A stretch of DNA of 63,998 bases, counting the filler, from Diploschistes diacapsis (taxonomy: Eukaryota): assembly GCA_023645945.1 (NCBI GenBank). It is 9 parts of 9 records of this genome, joined end to end, with 100 filler letters (N's around TTAATTAATTAA, not from the genome) between each part and the next. Parts side by side here need not be neighbours in the genome. Positions count along the whole stretch, not along the records: positions 4,690 to 31,679 come from JALAIB010000168.1; positions 31,780 to 36,367 come from JALAIB010001680.1; 7 more parts are not named here. One strand, given 5' to 3'. The notes beneath the pieces were generated by a model. That model did not search any database. It was given only the letters and a program-made list of their open reading frames with translations, and had not been told where the DNA came from. Made by a program: the position numbers and the translations under genes. Position 1 is the stretch's first letter; every line of letters begins with the position of its first letter. Below are positions 24,025 to 36,467 of this stretch, one piece after another.

Positions 24025-25742
24025 TTAGGAAGACTCCTCTACCCTTCCGATCGATTCACCGTATTTCACTCTCTGTCCTTTTTGAATATTCCACCGCCAA
24101 CCTCCCTTGAGCTCGCCGCCATCCCATCCCTCGTCGAAACTACCTCTATGGCCCTTTGGTGCCTCAAAGACTAGGACGATAGAGCTGCCCAATTGGAAGC
24201 CGCCCATCTCTTCCCCTCTTCGAAGGGCGTGCCCCCCAAGAACACTGCTTGCTTGCTGATATGTCGCTTCTGCGAAGCCGCAGTATGGCTCCCCTCTCTC
24301 GGAAGCTTGTTCGGCTGCTCGGTCTGCTGCCGTATCGGTCGTAAGACTGTTCGTCCGCAATTCTTTGTCGAAGTTGATAACTATTGATCCGACATTCGTA
24401 GCGCCAACAAGCGTATAGCTAAAGAAGCCCCAACGCCATCGCCCAAGTAGAACGACGCGTTCGTTCAAGGTAAAGAGGCCTGGCAGAGTTCTTTGGAGGT
24501 AAGGTGAGACACTGTAGAGCTCCCCAGCAAAGTGACGTCTCTTCTCGACGACCCAAGAAACTGGCGAATGAAAGCGGTGATAGTCGCCAGGTGCAAGATA
24601 GATGACGACGTAATATAATGCCGTAGGCATCTTAGGTGAAGGCATGAAGAACCAATGCTTGCGACTGTCGCCGAGCGCAAGGTCGGCACGGACCTCCGCG
24701 ATCGATGAAGACTTCGATTTCGTGGAGGCATCCATGGGCGTGGCAGATTTGGCCTTTTTGCGCTTCTGACCTTCTCTGTAGTCGTTGGGCAAGGTGTAAG
24801 CGATACCATTTACATTCGCAAATTGTTCGTCTTCACGCAACGCGTCTCCTGGAGGCCGTTCCTTTTCAACCTCTCTGTGAGAAGTCGAAATGTCCTCCGG
24901 CTCCCCATCCAGCGTTGGAGATGCGGAGCCTAGCAAAGCCTCCAAACTGTATGTCATGCCCTTGACTTGTTCTACTTCCCCATGTTCTATCATACCATAC
25001 TGCAATACCTTTCCATCGGCAGGAGAAAGCAAAGCTGAGGGGTCCGCCGACAGGGGTCGAACACCAGGCTTGAGGCTTCTGTAGAAGAATGCCGCAAGAT
25101 TCGGATAAACATGCAGATCTTGTTCTGATGCCTCCGAAAGACTGATGCCTCGTAAGCTGGGTCAAAGCGGTCAGAGTTTACAACTTACTTTACACCAAAA
25201 ATCCAAGAATAGAGTTTGAATCCCGGTACCCGCAGATAGTAAGGGATTTGCAACTCATTGAACCGACCCCATAAGCGAGAAATGCCCTTTAGGGGGAGAT
25301 ACGCCATGAGTTGAACAGTCCTGAGAAACCCTGAGCAAGCCTAGCAACGGTATCAAGTAGAGGAGTTATACCACGGCCCACTGGGGCGAACCCTCTCTCG
25401 TCTCTTTGGCTTCCCCTCCTGCGAGCTGCCTCCGAAACCGGATTCCTCGAGCGTCTCTTCCTCTCGCCTTTGTTGCTCACGCGCGTGAACCCGATATAGC
25501 TGGACAGATCCAAGGAAGCCGATACCTAGCCCGATAGGTATCGGCCGCCATTGTATCTTCGTATTAGCAAGCGCATGTCTTAAGCGAGTTGTAAAGGGTT
25601 CTCGGTCCCACTGCCTTCCGGCTTTCCTTCTGGCCGTAGAGGCCGAAAAGTGTCGGGCAACAACATAGCGCTCTTGACAGAAGACGCACGCTTTGGTAAG
25701 GGACGGTGAGGAAACATTGTGTAAAGTTTTGCGCAGAGCCAT
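24025..25742 (-). CDS. PSD1: Mitochondrial phosphatidylserine decarboxylase proenzyme
   Basis: Presequence plus TM; FFYRSLKPGVRP; LSPADG; IYLAPGDYHRFHSP; NERVVLLGRW; VGATNVGSI; GFQLGSSIVLVFEAP (autocleavage LGS). Two introns. Confidence 0.95.
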
Positions 25743-26252
25743 GATTTGGATGAAAGTACAAGATGTCCGTACAATGCTCGGAAGTTAGCTGGGTTGGTAT
25801 CTCCGCGCTCCATACAAATGCGAGATGATGTCAGAGTTGGTTGCACAGTAGCTCACCACCCACAACTTCAATTGTCGTTTTCAATTTGTCCTTCTCAAAG
25901 CTCGTAGCTTGAGCATCTCGGCGGGTTACCGTGATCTCCATGGATATACGACACTTTGATCCTTCCAGTTTTTACATCAAGGGTAATTTGATATGCGGAT
26001 CGAGTCTTCCATGGTCTCTAACCACCGATCTCAACATGGTGGACTTACGAAGCATTGCAGGCTGCAGCTTATCAGCCTACTTCCGTTTCCCCATGGAGAT
26101 AAAGCGCAAGGCCGAGCTCCTCCATAAATAAATAGTATGAGTTACTCGGGTTTCTTTACCCTGGGAAATGATAACAAGCAATTTTTAATATAGTCGAGCA
26201 CTTGGAACTCTAGCTTGGAGCTTCCTCTGGAGAACGCGCTTTGGCCCTCAAT

Positions 26253-27239
26253 ATGCCTTTCACGTATAAGAAAATACTGATTGTTGGCGCGACAAGTGGG
26301 ATTGGAAGGGCGCTAGCGGAGCGCTTCGTTAACGAAGGATCAAAGGTAATAGTGAGCGGCAGGAGAGTCGAGAGACTCGAGGAGTTTGTGCAGAAGCATG
26401 GCAGTGACAAGGCATCTGCCCACCCTTTTGACATCACCAAGCTGGACTTGATTCCCCAATTTGTGTCAAGGTATGTGTTCGAGTCAAAAAAGTCTTAACA
26501 CATTTAACAATTGGCTAGCGTAACATCAGCTAATCCTGATCTCGATTGTGTACTCTTGAATTCTGGCACGCAAACCATCTACGACTTCACTAAGCCCGAA
26601 AGCGTGGATATCACTCGCTTTCAGATGGAGCTTACCACGAACTACACGAGCATGATGGCCCTCACTGTTGCATTTTTGCCATTCTTCATCGGGCAACAGC
26701 ATCCAAACTGCTTCATGTAGTAAGTAGAAAATCTTGAAGACCCGTGGATATTCGTGCTTCTAAACTTCTTGAATAGTACCTCTTCCAGCCTAGGACTGAT
26801 CCCTCTGTTTCGTGTCCCCGGCTACAGCGCGACAAAGGCAGCCATGCATTCTATGCTCCTAAGTCTTAGGGTTCAATTCAAGGATTCCAAAACCAAGTTT
26901 GTGGAGATCTTGCCGCCTGCCGTTCAGAGTGAGTTCACGGTGTCTACGTAGTTCAACTACGATCAGTACTGATGCTTGAAAGCTGAGTTGCATGATCACA
27001 TGGGACCGCATGGACGTAACATTGGCATGCCGCTCGATGAATTCACCAACGATGCGTATGAACAGTTGGCAAAGGTATACGAAAGCCGTTGCGATTCTAT
27101 ACGCAAATAACTGACTGGCACGCAGGGCGAGGAAGAGGTCATAGTGAACAATCATATCCCGCGGCTGGAGGTAACGCTTAAGAATATGCGCGAAGGCTTC
27201 GAGTCTTTCACTGAAAGAATGAGAAGTGTCATTCCATGA
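26253..27239 (+). CDS. Short-chain dehydrogenase/reductase (DltE-like), multi-exon
   Basis: ILIVGATSGIGRALA, LLNSG, YSATKAA (YxxxK), VEILPPAVQ. Several short introns. Confidence 0.88.
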
Positions 27240-28322
27240 TTAAGCCCACTACAAGCATATTGAAAGGGGAGGAGCATTGGTAGCGAATGGGTGCGAAATG
27301 CAGTGTCGCCGTCCAAGCAAAGCATAGTCGAGTGCATTCCAATTCGATAAAAAAGTAAACTAGAAAGGGGATCAGAATGAAATCAATGTATTGATCGAAC
27401 ACGAGCGTAAACCGATTATTCATTAGGATTTGGGTAAAACTCTGTTCAACCACTTGTGGAAAGTTTTGGGCTTTCATTTGCTGCACCTTAGTCGATTCCC
27501 CATACATTATGAAGGGTAGAATCTGTTTGATGACCTCCCGAACAGGCTTCGTGATGTTAATCTTTACTATGTGAATGTAACATCTTGGCTCATCCGGATT
27601 TCCACTTGGCCAGAATGGGTTAAGGAATAAAAGTGCGAAGAGTCGCAGCTTATTCTACTACTACTTTTGGATCTGTTGGAAATTAAGCCCTACATGTTCC
27701 GACTGTGTTTTCTTTTGAAGCCTCTTCTTAGCGATGTGGATATGTATACTGTTCATAGAGTATTTAGATCCTTATGTTCCTGGGATATGCTCCCTCGGTA
27801 CATGAGGACCCCTATCATATTGTGTGCGGCAACTTGAGTTTCGTTATAATATGGTCGTATCTTGGAAAAGAAGTTATCTTTTCTGAATCTGCCCGCGTCG
27901 TTTTACTCTTTCGTAAGTGAATTGATCATAGCTGTTTCAATTCATGCAGGTGTTACTGTTATCGATCAGCACGAAGCGAGGAAGTTACATCTTCCTGATC
28001 ACGCAACGTTGATAGCATGTATTTCCATTTTATGATTAATGTGGTAGTCACTTTGAGCTAGCTATGGAACATTTAACACGAAAAGGAAGTGCGTGCATGT
28101 TCTGCTCATACGCAGGCATCGATAAAAACCTCTGGCGCTCTCATGGCATGCACTTATTGCAGCCTATTCATGTCTAGTTGTCTCATTCGGATGCCATTGT
28201 TTCATCGCCCTCGCTCAGATGACTGAGGACGGAATATCAGAGCAAAGAGGACTGCAAAGCGTCTGAATGGAACTGTCTACAGTAACAGCATCTGAGAGCT
28301 CGGGATTTTGAACAGATCAAGC

Positions 28323-30257
28323 TTATGTATTCAAGAAACACAATCTTCCTGAAGGATCTCGAACCCAATCCTCGGAACCCACGCACCGAGGGCACCAAAG
28401 CACACCCTCTGGATCTAGTTGCCGCTTGATCTCCAATAACCTTGGATAATGATCCCCCCAAAAAGCCTGTCTGAAATCAGGGTCATACGCATCTGCCTCA
28501 TTAGAATAACATCCCATATTCGGAGCGTGTTCTCGCAGCGCCGTGCTTAAAGTTTCTGTCATGTGTTTGATTCCAGATGCCTCTGCCTCCCGGTTCTTTA
28601 GCGGGTAGGTTGTTTTAGCCACTGGAAGCCGGTGTCAGTATTTACTGCCACAATATTCGCTTTTATATTATCTTTCACTACTTACTCATGTGCACTATTG
28701 TCTTCCTCCAAGCTGGACTGGCCGCGTTCAACTCCGTCCCTTTAGCATGCACACCGGGTCCACTGACCATAGCCCCTTGGAGCCAATCGCTTGCAAAAAC
28801 CTGCTCTACATGCTGAAATCCAGTTTTGTTCTTCAGCGCAGTAGCGTCCCAGAGCCATGAGCCCGCAATGTAATTCATTCCCACTGGCGCACACACCATA
28901 ACTGTCTCCCGGAAGACCTCGAAGTCTGGGAACTGGGGGTTCAGCACCGAGAGTGTAACGTCCTTTGTGACGTTCAGCTTGGCCAGAACGGGGTCAATGG
29001 CCGCATGTAGGTCATCCGATGAAGACAACATGTACATGAGGCCGTAGAACGTCATGGGGGAAGAGGTTGAATTTGCGTCAGAGGGCTGGAGATCGAAGTA
29101 GCCGATCAACCCCTTGTCGTTGAGCTCGGGTAACTGAGAGAAGAAGTAGGTCGCCGCATCAAAGAAGCCAGTATTATTACTCGAGGTCGAATTAAAGACC
29201 ACAATGGAAACCGACACCGGTGGTATAGGGAACGCTCGCAGCGTAGCATTTAAGAGAACACCGAACGTTGCGCCTCCACCCTATTCACTATCAGCCACTT
29301 GGTCAAGAGGGTCCGCGATTCCTGCGAAGTAAGCCACCTACTCCTCGCATCGCCCAGAAGAGATTCTCGTTCTGACATGCATTAGCAAGCACAATATCAC
29401 CTTGAGGCATCGCAACGGCCATCTCAAGTACATTGTCCACAGCCAACCCGTACATGGCGCTGAGCGGACCGTGGCCACCCCCAGTCAAATATCCTCCAAG
29501 CCCGACGTTCGGCTCCGCTGCTCCTACGAAAGAGAGATTACGCTGTTTCAGCTCGGCGTATACATCCCCCATAAGATGGCCGGCTGCAACGGTTATGGCT
29601 GTCTCGGGCAGAGAGTCAGTGCAACCTTGAGGCACGAAAGCTGTGTTAAAAGCCATGCCTTGGATATGGCGTGTCCAGATTGAAAAAGAAGAAGGAGCCG
29701 TCGACCTGAAATGATGAAAGCATAAGCATGAGCCCGAGCTTTCGGAGCAGCCTTTTTTGCAAGCATACTGACCGTCCCAGCAAGTCATGCCCTTCTCCCT
29801 TCACCACCGTCCTGACCTTCGTCTCGCGGGCAAATCTTATCGCTTCAACCACCTGCTCGGCATTTATAACGTTTGCAACATATGCTGGAAACGACGTCGT
29901 GTCACAGCTCTCCCCAACATCTCTATCAACGAGCTCGCTCGGGACACACGAGTCGTCCTGCCAATTCGGGTACATCACACTGACAGGATCTTCCGAGTGG
30001 AAGATCGAGCTCGACCACTGTGTCGCGACTTCTGAGCACCTAGCTTCATTGAATTGTGGACGAGAATTATCGCAGACGGCGGCGGGAGGCAGGGGAGCAA
30101 GCAATGCGCCGTCGAGGGAGGAGTTAAGGGAGTGCCATTGCTGAAGGGAGGGCCAGGAGGCATCGGTTGAGATGGGCTTGCAGGTGCGTTTGCTGATGAG
30201 GGAAACACAGAGAGCTGCACGCATGGCGCATAACAAGGCAATGAGCTTAGGGTGCAT
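28323..30257 (-). CDS. Secreted FAD-linked oxidoreductase, berberine-bridge-enzyme-like (multi-exon)
   Basis: Signal MHPKLIALLC; VVKGEGHDLLGRS; GGGHGPLSAMYGLAVDNVLE; LFWAMRG; BBE tail YSNEAD...FWGDHYPRLLEIKRQLDP. Confidence 0.92.
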
Positions 30258-31372
30258 ATTCTGAAGTTGCGTGCTGTCCGTACTGACAAGAGCCTGGCCG
30301 GGGACGTCCCTAATATAAGGGTCATGATTGAGACACCGCAATCAGGCGCGTACCATCTGTGCTACTGGTTCTACGCCGTTCCTAAAAAAAATATGGTATC
30401 ACTGTCGTCAAATGAACAACGCCGCAATCAGGCATCAATTCGCAGTCAGTGTCAGGGGTTTCTGAAACTCGAGGACGATGTGGGTCTGGATACACACAGA
30501 CGAGACCCACTAGTCGATCTCAAGATCCATTGGAAAAAGTGCCTGCGCCGCTTCTGAGAAGGGACCTCTCTGCACGAACTACGTGAGTACAAAGCTTGCG
30601 CACCGTCATCGAAGCATAGCCCACTGGAAGAATAAGGGTGGTCTATTCGCGAGAGAATAGCCAAAGAGTCATGTGGGTCTTATCTGCGGCATTAACGTCG
30701 TTAATTTTGTAGCGAGAAGATGCCTCGTTTCAACCGGTAGCTAATTCGGGAAAAACCCTAAATGTACGACATACGACACGACAAAGGTCAACATTGTCAG
30801 TTATATTGATTGAGAAGAAGGATTGTATTGCTCTGCAAGAGATGTCTGTAAGCGGATTATATACATTCTGTATGACTAATCATGTCCCCCTGCTCCTTCT
30901 CACACTCCCCCTAATTCGGATGCATTGCATCTTCGTATACTCCTTCTGAAAAGTCTGAGATATCTGATGCAGCTTCCTTTTCGGGGAGCTTCGCCCTAGG
31001 CCTGAATCTTAAACGGGTTTTCTTTCTTCTATTCTTCTTTGCCCTTGTTATTTCCCTATTTTCTTTTATTTTTAGGCTCTTATAGCCTTTATTACCGAAA
31101 TATTTAAATATCGTTTTAACGTTAAAGGGATCCTTTAAATATATTTAAATAATAACATTTATATTCGATAATATTATACTAGTAATACCTTTAAGTTCCT
31201 TATATTTCCTTTTTTAGTTGTTGCATTTAATTTTAAGTCGTAATATCTTCTGATTTTAAAGGGTTATTTTTATTTCGATTAAAATCACGGCGTTTTTAAT
31301 AAACTAGAAATCGCTAGCTAGCTTTAGATAAAATATAATTGTAAACGTTTCTAAATATTTTAATTTAAGAAC

Positions 31373-31664
31373 TGTTGAACTAAACCACTACGCCAAAAGA
31401 TGCGCACCACTTAGCAAGCAGCAGTTCATGTTTATATTCCGACACACCCCCGTAAACATGGCTCTGCGGCTCTTACTGTTTACCTGTGTTCTTTCCAGTC
31501 AGATCAAAATCTGCCGTAAGCGGGACTCGACTTCAGACCTCTGAACTAAACGGGTGGGGATGCAGCGCAGTGCGCTACCCGGGCTCATAATCTGTTGAAC
31601 TAAACCACTACGCCAAAAGATGCGCACCACTTAGCAAGCAGCAGTTCATGTTTATATTCCGACA
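31373..31664 (-). mobile_element. Complete non-autonomous miniature LTR retrotransposon (TRIM, Copia/Ty5-type priming), 292 bp
   Basis: Identical 72-bp LTRs at 31373-31444 and 31593-31664 with TG...CA ends. 5-bp TSD AGAAC at 31368-31372 and 31665-31669. Minus-strand PBS GATTATGAGCCCG next to the 5' LTR. PPT GGGGGTG next to the 3' LTR. 148-bp non-coding interior. Confidence 0.9.
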
Positions 31665-32391
31665 AGAACTATTAAATATNNNNNNNNNNNNNNNNNNNNN
31701 NNNNNNNNNNNNNNNNNNNNNNNTTAATTAATTAANNNNNNNNNNNNNNNNNNNNNNNNNNNNNNNNNNNNNNNNNNNNGGGGGGAAGGGGAAGGGAGGA
31801 GGGTAAGGGAGATCTTGGGGGCGTTTGCTATTGATTGATTAACTGGTGGGCTGAGGCGTTAGGGGGTTCAGGCTAGGGAAGGTAGGGCAAGGCACGAATG
31901 GGGTTTTGGGGGAGCGAGGACTGCTCTACTGCTTCGTCCTACGTCCATAACATTAAGCTTACCACATAATAGTAGATCCTAGTGTCATAAAAGAACAGGA
32001 AACAAGTAGAAAACTCAATTCTCCATCCGAAGCCGTGTTTTGCAGTGTTCATGTATCGAAAGCGCGCGTACCTGTTTCGGGAAGTGCTAATAGGTAGAAT
32101 TTGAGGTCGTTAGTGAGGTTTCTACGTAAGTTGCGCTTTAGCCGGTCTTAGTATGCCTGGCAAGGACTTGCTGCTTTGGACGCTGCTCCTACTGGCGGTT
32201 GAGGACAATAGGCACTGTAGAACTCAACTGATGCCAACAGATGCTGCCTCCAACAGTGATTGTTGATACTACTTCCACCATAAAGCTGACCAATAACAAA
32301 TAGATGCTGCACCAGGGTAGATTCAGCGGTATCGGATGCTACCTGAAGCTTTCCCAACTGCTCACATCATGCCCAAAACATGGCAGCTCCT

Positions 32392-33108
32392 TTAGCAACG
32401 CCACATGCGCCCAACCCTCACCCCCGTGACCATTTGCGCAATCATCCGAAGCTTCATCGGCATCAGCCGGTCCCCATACGCCTCGACGATATCCGACTTC
32501 TCCACAGCATGATACAGATTGCAAGTCTCGCTCCTGCAGCCCATCTGCACACACTCCCCCCTTTTCTCCCTACTCCACCACCGCGGCAAAATCCCACCCT
32601 TCTTCTCCGCCACATACAAGTAATCCTCGAAATCTGCCACCGGGTTCTGCTCCGCGTACAAGGCACAGGCATCGCCGTCGAACACATACACGTCCTCGAC
32701 CCTCAGGCGGTACGAGTCTACGATCTGCCTGAAAGCCTCCTTCTCGGGCAGGGAATTGAGGTAGGCCGCGCCGCGGAAGTACTCGGGCGGCGACGGATCC
32801 AGTCGGCCCATGAACATGGAAAGCGTCAGATCCAAGCTCAGGGCCAGACCGTGCTGTGCTGTAATGCCCTGGGCGCACCAGGCTTTGTGGGGAACCCCAG
32901 TCCTCGCGCTGGCAGCTTCGGGAGCAGTATGAGGTTACTTTGCATCGAGCGCATTTTTGGAGATTGTCGGAGCCGGGGTCCTGGGAGGAGCTTTCGGCTT
33001 GACAGTTGGCACACTGGCGTACACTGTGGTTTTAGATTAGCCCTGTGGAGTGGTACGATGCTTTGTTGTGACAGCTCACTCGTCCTGGTAACGGTCCATT
33101 AAACCCAT
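32392..33108 (-). CDS. MYND zinc-finger protein of a conserved fungal family; apparent +1 frameshift near 32890-32898
   Basis: Exon 1 MGLMDRYQD, intron 33079-33024, then CANC...CARC...YCSRSCQREDW. HKAWC and the downstream DSYRLRVED...LPRWW...AVEKSDI...MPMKLR domain lie in a different frame. Confidence 0.75.
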
Positions 33109-34630
33109 CTTTCACAATAGGGGAGCCTCTGCTGAGGCTGGGTTGAGTGATAGTGGAAGATAGAGTCAGGGGAGGGAAATTTTTGATAGCATGAGTGCTG
33201 TCAGCCACACAAGATACCCATTCTACATATAAAAGCCAGCAGGGGAAAAGATTTTTAAGAAGTACGAGTAGGAGTATACGCGGTGGCTTCGCGTGGATTC
33301 ATTTTTATCTCATACCCTTACCCTTGCACCTTTGGTATATCCTTGGTGCACTTACCTGAAAAACCCCGAGCCATCTCGGTGAATGTAGAGAACTCGCTCT
33401 CCTAGGTGCCTCGACTATATCGAATTATCTTGAATGGGATATAGTACCTATATATATTCGCGTTATGATGGCCGTGTGCTGAAAACTTTATCAGTAGGTC
33501 ATGCAGCCTGAAGCTGCCACGACGATATGAACTAAATGGCGATTCGATTTGAAGATGGTTTATTGACCACATTGGGATGAAGCAGGCAATCAAGTCCACA
33601 ACACTAGGACATACAAAACACGGCACATTTACCAGTGTACCAGCTTTTTCCCGTCCCTCAGCATCAGCCAACAGCTCACTGCAGATCTGGGCTTCGCCAT
33701 TTTCGCTCTCAGCTCCTAACCTTTGTGGCAACCACCATGATTTAGAATCCCGATGAACTGACTTGAGGGACCTCCTAGGAATAACAGCCATGCCAAGCGA
33801 TCAACATCAACTCCTGCTGGCGTCACTGATGTGCTGCTCTAGATAACGAAGCGGGCAACTAGCCGTGGCAACCTGCACAGTCCATCTCCCGTTGACACTT
33901 TCCTACTCGCTTTCCATCTTCATCGATGCTCCCTTCGCAAACTTGCATCTCTTCCTGCATTATACGAACCGGCTAAAAGGAGAATACGGATGGTTCGGAG
34001 ACTCTTACAACTCGTGAAGCGCAAACTCCAGAGTATCTATCGCTCAGGCGTTTGCTCAGCCCCAGAGATGGTCTGGTAGCACGGCAGAAGCGCATGGGAG
34101 CGTCCCGAGGCCTTCCACAAGCTTAATTCTTCTCGCTGAGCCCTCTTATTATTGGTCGTGTGTTTTGTTCCTTTTTCCGGCGATGCAACATGGGGAACTC
34201 GTGGCTTTCAACACTAGGGTTTGGTAGGGCCTGTCTAGTGTTGTTGTCTCAATGCGCCCAATTATGGTCGTATAACGTCGATCTCTCGACTTAGCGAAGA
34301 CCTCTCCTACCAAGCTGAAAAAGCCATTGAGTTCGTGAGGTAGGCCAGCTCGGTTCAACAGACAAAATGATTACTTTTCAGTCCATGTTCAGCCCGTGTT
34401 CACTTTGGTTTGTGCATGTTTTCATTTTCCGAGGGTATGGGCCTCCAAGGCAAGCTGCCATGCGACAACCTACCTTATATCTCACCTCGTTAGCCTCCTC
34501 TTCAGGCTTACTTGCATTTCCTTTCATTATATTCCAAATCGTTACCAGTGCCGTGATACGATGAAGAAAGAGGTCCTCTCCTCTTAGCTCAAAATTATAC
34601 AGATAGAACGTCTGGGTAGGTCTCTTCGAG

Positions 34631-35773
34631 ATGGACATGTTTGACCCTTCTATGATGATGAACTCCATGCGTTCCAACTTCTCGGCCCAGAAAAGCCAAT
34701 TCATCCAAGGCTGTACTGGCTTCGCTGCTGGAGCTACTGTTGCGGTTGCCCTACGACTCTTTGCCAGATGGAAAAACTCAACCAAGCTTGCCGCGGACGA
34801 TCTGAGTATCACGCTGAGTCTCCTACCGTTGTGGGCGTTGGCAGGCACGGGTGTGGGGATGGCTATGAAAGGTGGTCTAGCGCAGCAGGAGGATGCTTTG
34901 ACACCCGCTCAGGCGAGCGTCTTCTATCCCGTATGTGCTCTTTTAACATGTAATTTGTATCTCTCACTGATTGAAACCAAGGCTGCCTTTGCCTCCTACA
35001 TCCTCTACGCCCTCTCCATCACAGCCGCCAAGCTCTCCATTCTCCTTCTCTACCGTCGCATCTTCACCTCCCGCCCCTTCCGCAACGCCCTCTACGCATT
35101 TATGGCCATCTGCATCCTCTGGGGCATCATAGTCATCCTCCTCGTTCTCTTACGCTGCCACCCGGTCGCCGCTGCATGGGCCCCGAACGGCTTCTACGCC
35201 GGCGCAACGTGCATCAACCTGCAACCACTGTACTACGGCACCGCCTCCTCAAACTTCCTACTCGACGTCATCATCAACCTTCTCCCAGCGCGGCAGATCT
35301 GGGGCCTGCAGCTCCCCAAGAAGCAGCGCATCCTGCTCATCCTCTGCATGTGCCTCGGCGTCATCAGCATCGCCGCCGGCGTCGGCCGCCTGCTCACCAT
35401 CCCCTCCCTCGTCGCGACCAACCTGCCCGCCACCATCGCCATGCCCTACCTCTTCACCATCATCGAGCCCGCGTTTGCCATCATCTGCGCCTGCCTGCCC
35501 ACGTACCGGCCCCTGGCCCTCTGGCTGGGCCACCGCATCAAGAGCTCCCGCGCCGGGTCGCGAATGCGGTCGTTCATGAGCACCTCGTCCATGCACAACG
35601 CCTCTCGACAGCAGCAGCGGCGGCCCAGCGGCTCCCGTCGGAGGAGCAGAGCTTCGGGCTTCTTTGCCAGATGGGAACCCGTAACGGCGTCGGTGAATGA
35701 GAAGGAGGCGTTGACGAGCACTACGAACATGTCGCCAGATCTGGGCAGGGGAGGAGATGCCGGGGAGCTTTGA
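34631..35773 (+). CDS. PTH11-like rhodopsin-domain integral membrane protein (no CFEM domain seen)
   Basis: VALRLFAR...ADD, AKLSILLLYRRIF, CHPVAAAW, LDVIINLLP...IWGLQLPKKQR, IEPAFAIICACLPTYRPL. Probable in-frame intron near 34931-34981. Confidence 0.9.
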   Translation: MDMFDPSMMMNSMRSNFSAQKSQFIQGCTGFAAGATVAVALRLFARWKNSTKLAADDLSITLSLLPLWALAGTGVGMAMKGGLAQQEDALTPAQASVFYPVCALLTCNLYLSLIETKAAFASYILYALSITAAKLSILLLYRRIFTSRPFRNALYAFMAICILWGIIVILLVLLRCHPVAAAWAPNGFYAGATCINLQPLYYGTASSNFLLDVIINLLPARQIWGLQLPKKQRILLILCMCLGVISIAAGVGRLLTIPSLVATNLPATIAMPYLFTIIEPAFAIICACLPTYRPLALWLGHRIKSSRAGSRMRSFMSTSSMHNASRQQQRRPSGSRRRSRASGFFARWEPVTASVNEKEALTSTTNMSPDLGRGGDAGEL

Positions 35774-36467
35774 GAGGCAGTGAGGGAATCCAGGGTTCGG
35801 GACCCAGACGGTTGTTTTGGGCGGCAGGGATGCGAATGAGCCACTGCTATCGCGAAGCAGAATCGGAACATGATTTGAACCTCTGCTTCGGCTTTTCTTT
35901 TGTTGATTTCCCCTCCCTAACTTTCAGCGCTTCGGGAAATGTTGGAAGCACTTGCTTTGCGCTGTGTTTAGATGATACCCCTGGAGCTCTAGCGACTGCG
36001 TTAAAGTCTGTTTGTAAAGTCCTCAAAAAGAAAATTCAATGACTTCTTCAATTTCTTGCGATCCCTTTAGTGGGAATCCTTTAACGTCGCATCACTTGCG
36101 GCACTGTAGACCAAACGTGTAAGGTGCCATTGCCGCAGCCCAAACTCCAGGGTTGCTGCGTCTATTCCTACCTACCGGTCTCGCACAAATGCAACCTGCC
36201 ACCTGCCACCTCACACGATCCTTTCACCAATCGCCCCCGGGCTGGCTGGCTGGGCTGGCTGGCACCCACATCTCCGATCCAAGCGCACAAACCCCGAAAA
36301 ATAAAATAAAAATAACAAATAGCAAAATTCCAGCAAGGGGTTCAATGCACAACGCGAAGAAACCCCCNNNNNNNNNNNNNNNNNNNNNNNNNNNNNNNNN
36401 NNNNNNNNNNNTTAATTAATTAANNNNNNNNNNNNNNNNNNNNNNNNNNNNNNNNNNNNNNNNNNNN

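Noticed and set aside
11685..30257. Secondary-metabolite cluster (monooxygenase, esterase, SDR, BBE oxidase)
   Set aside because: No PKS/NRPS/terpene backbone, and the genes are interspersed with housekeeping genes (TMEM14, UBL, PSD1).
31373..31664. Direct repeats as a CRISPR array or simple tandem duplication
   Set aside because: Eukaryotic context with only two 72-bp units; TSD, PBS and PPT identify an LTR element.
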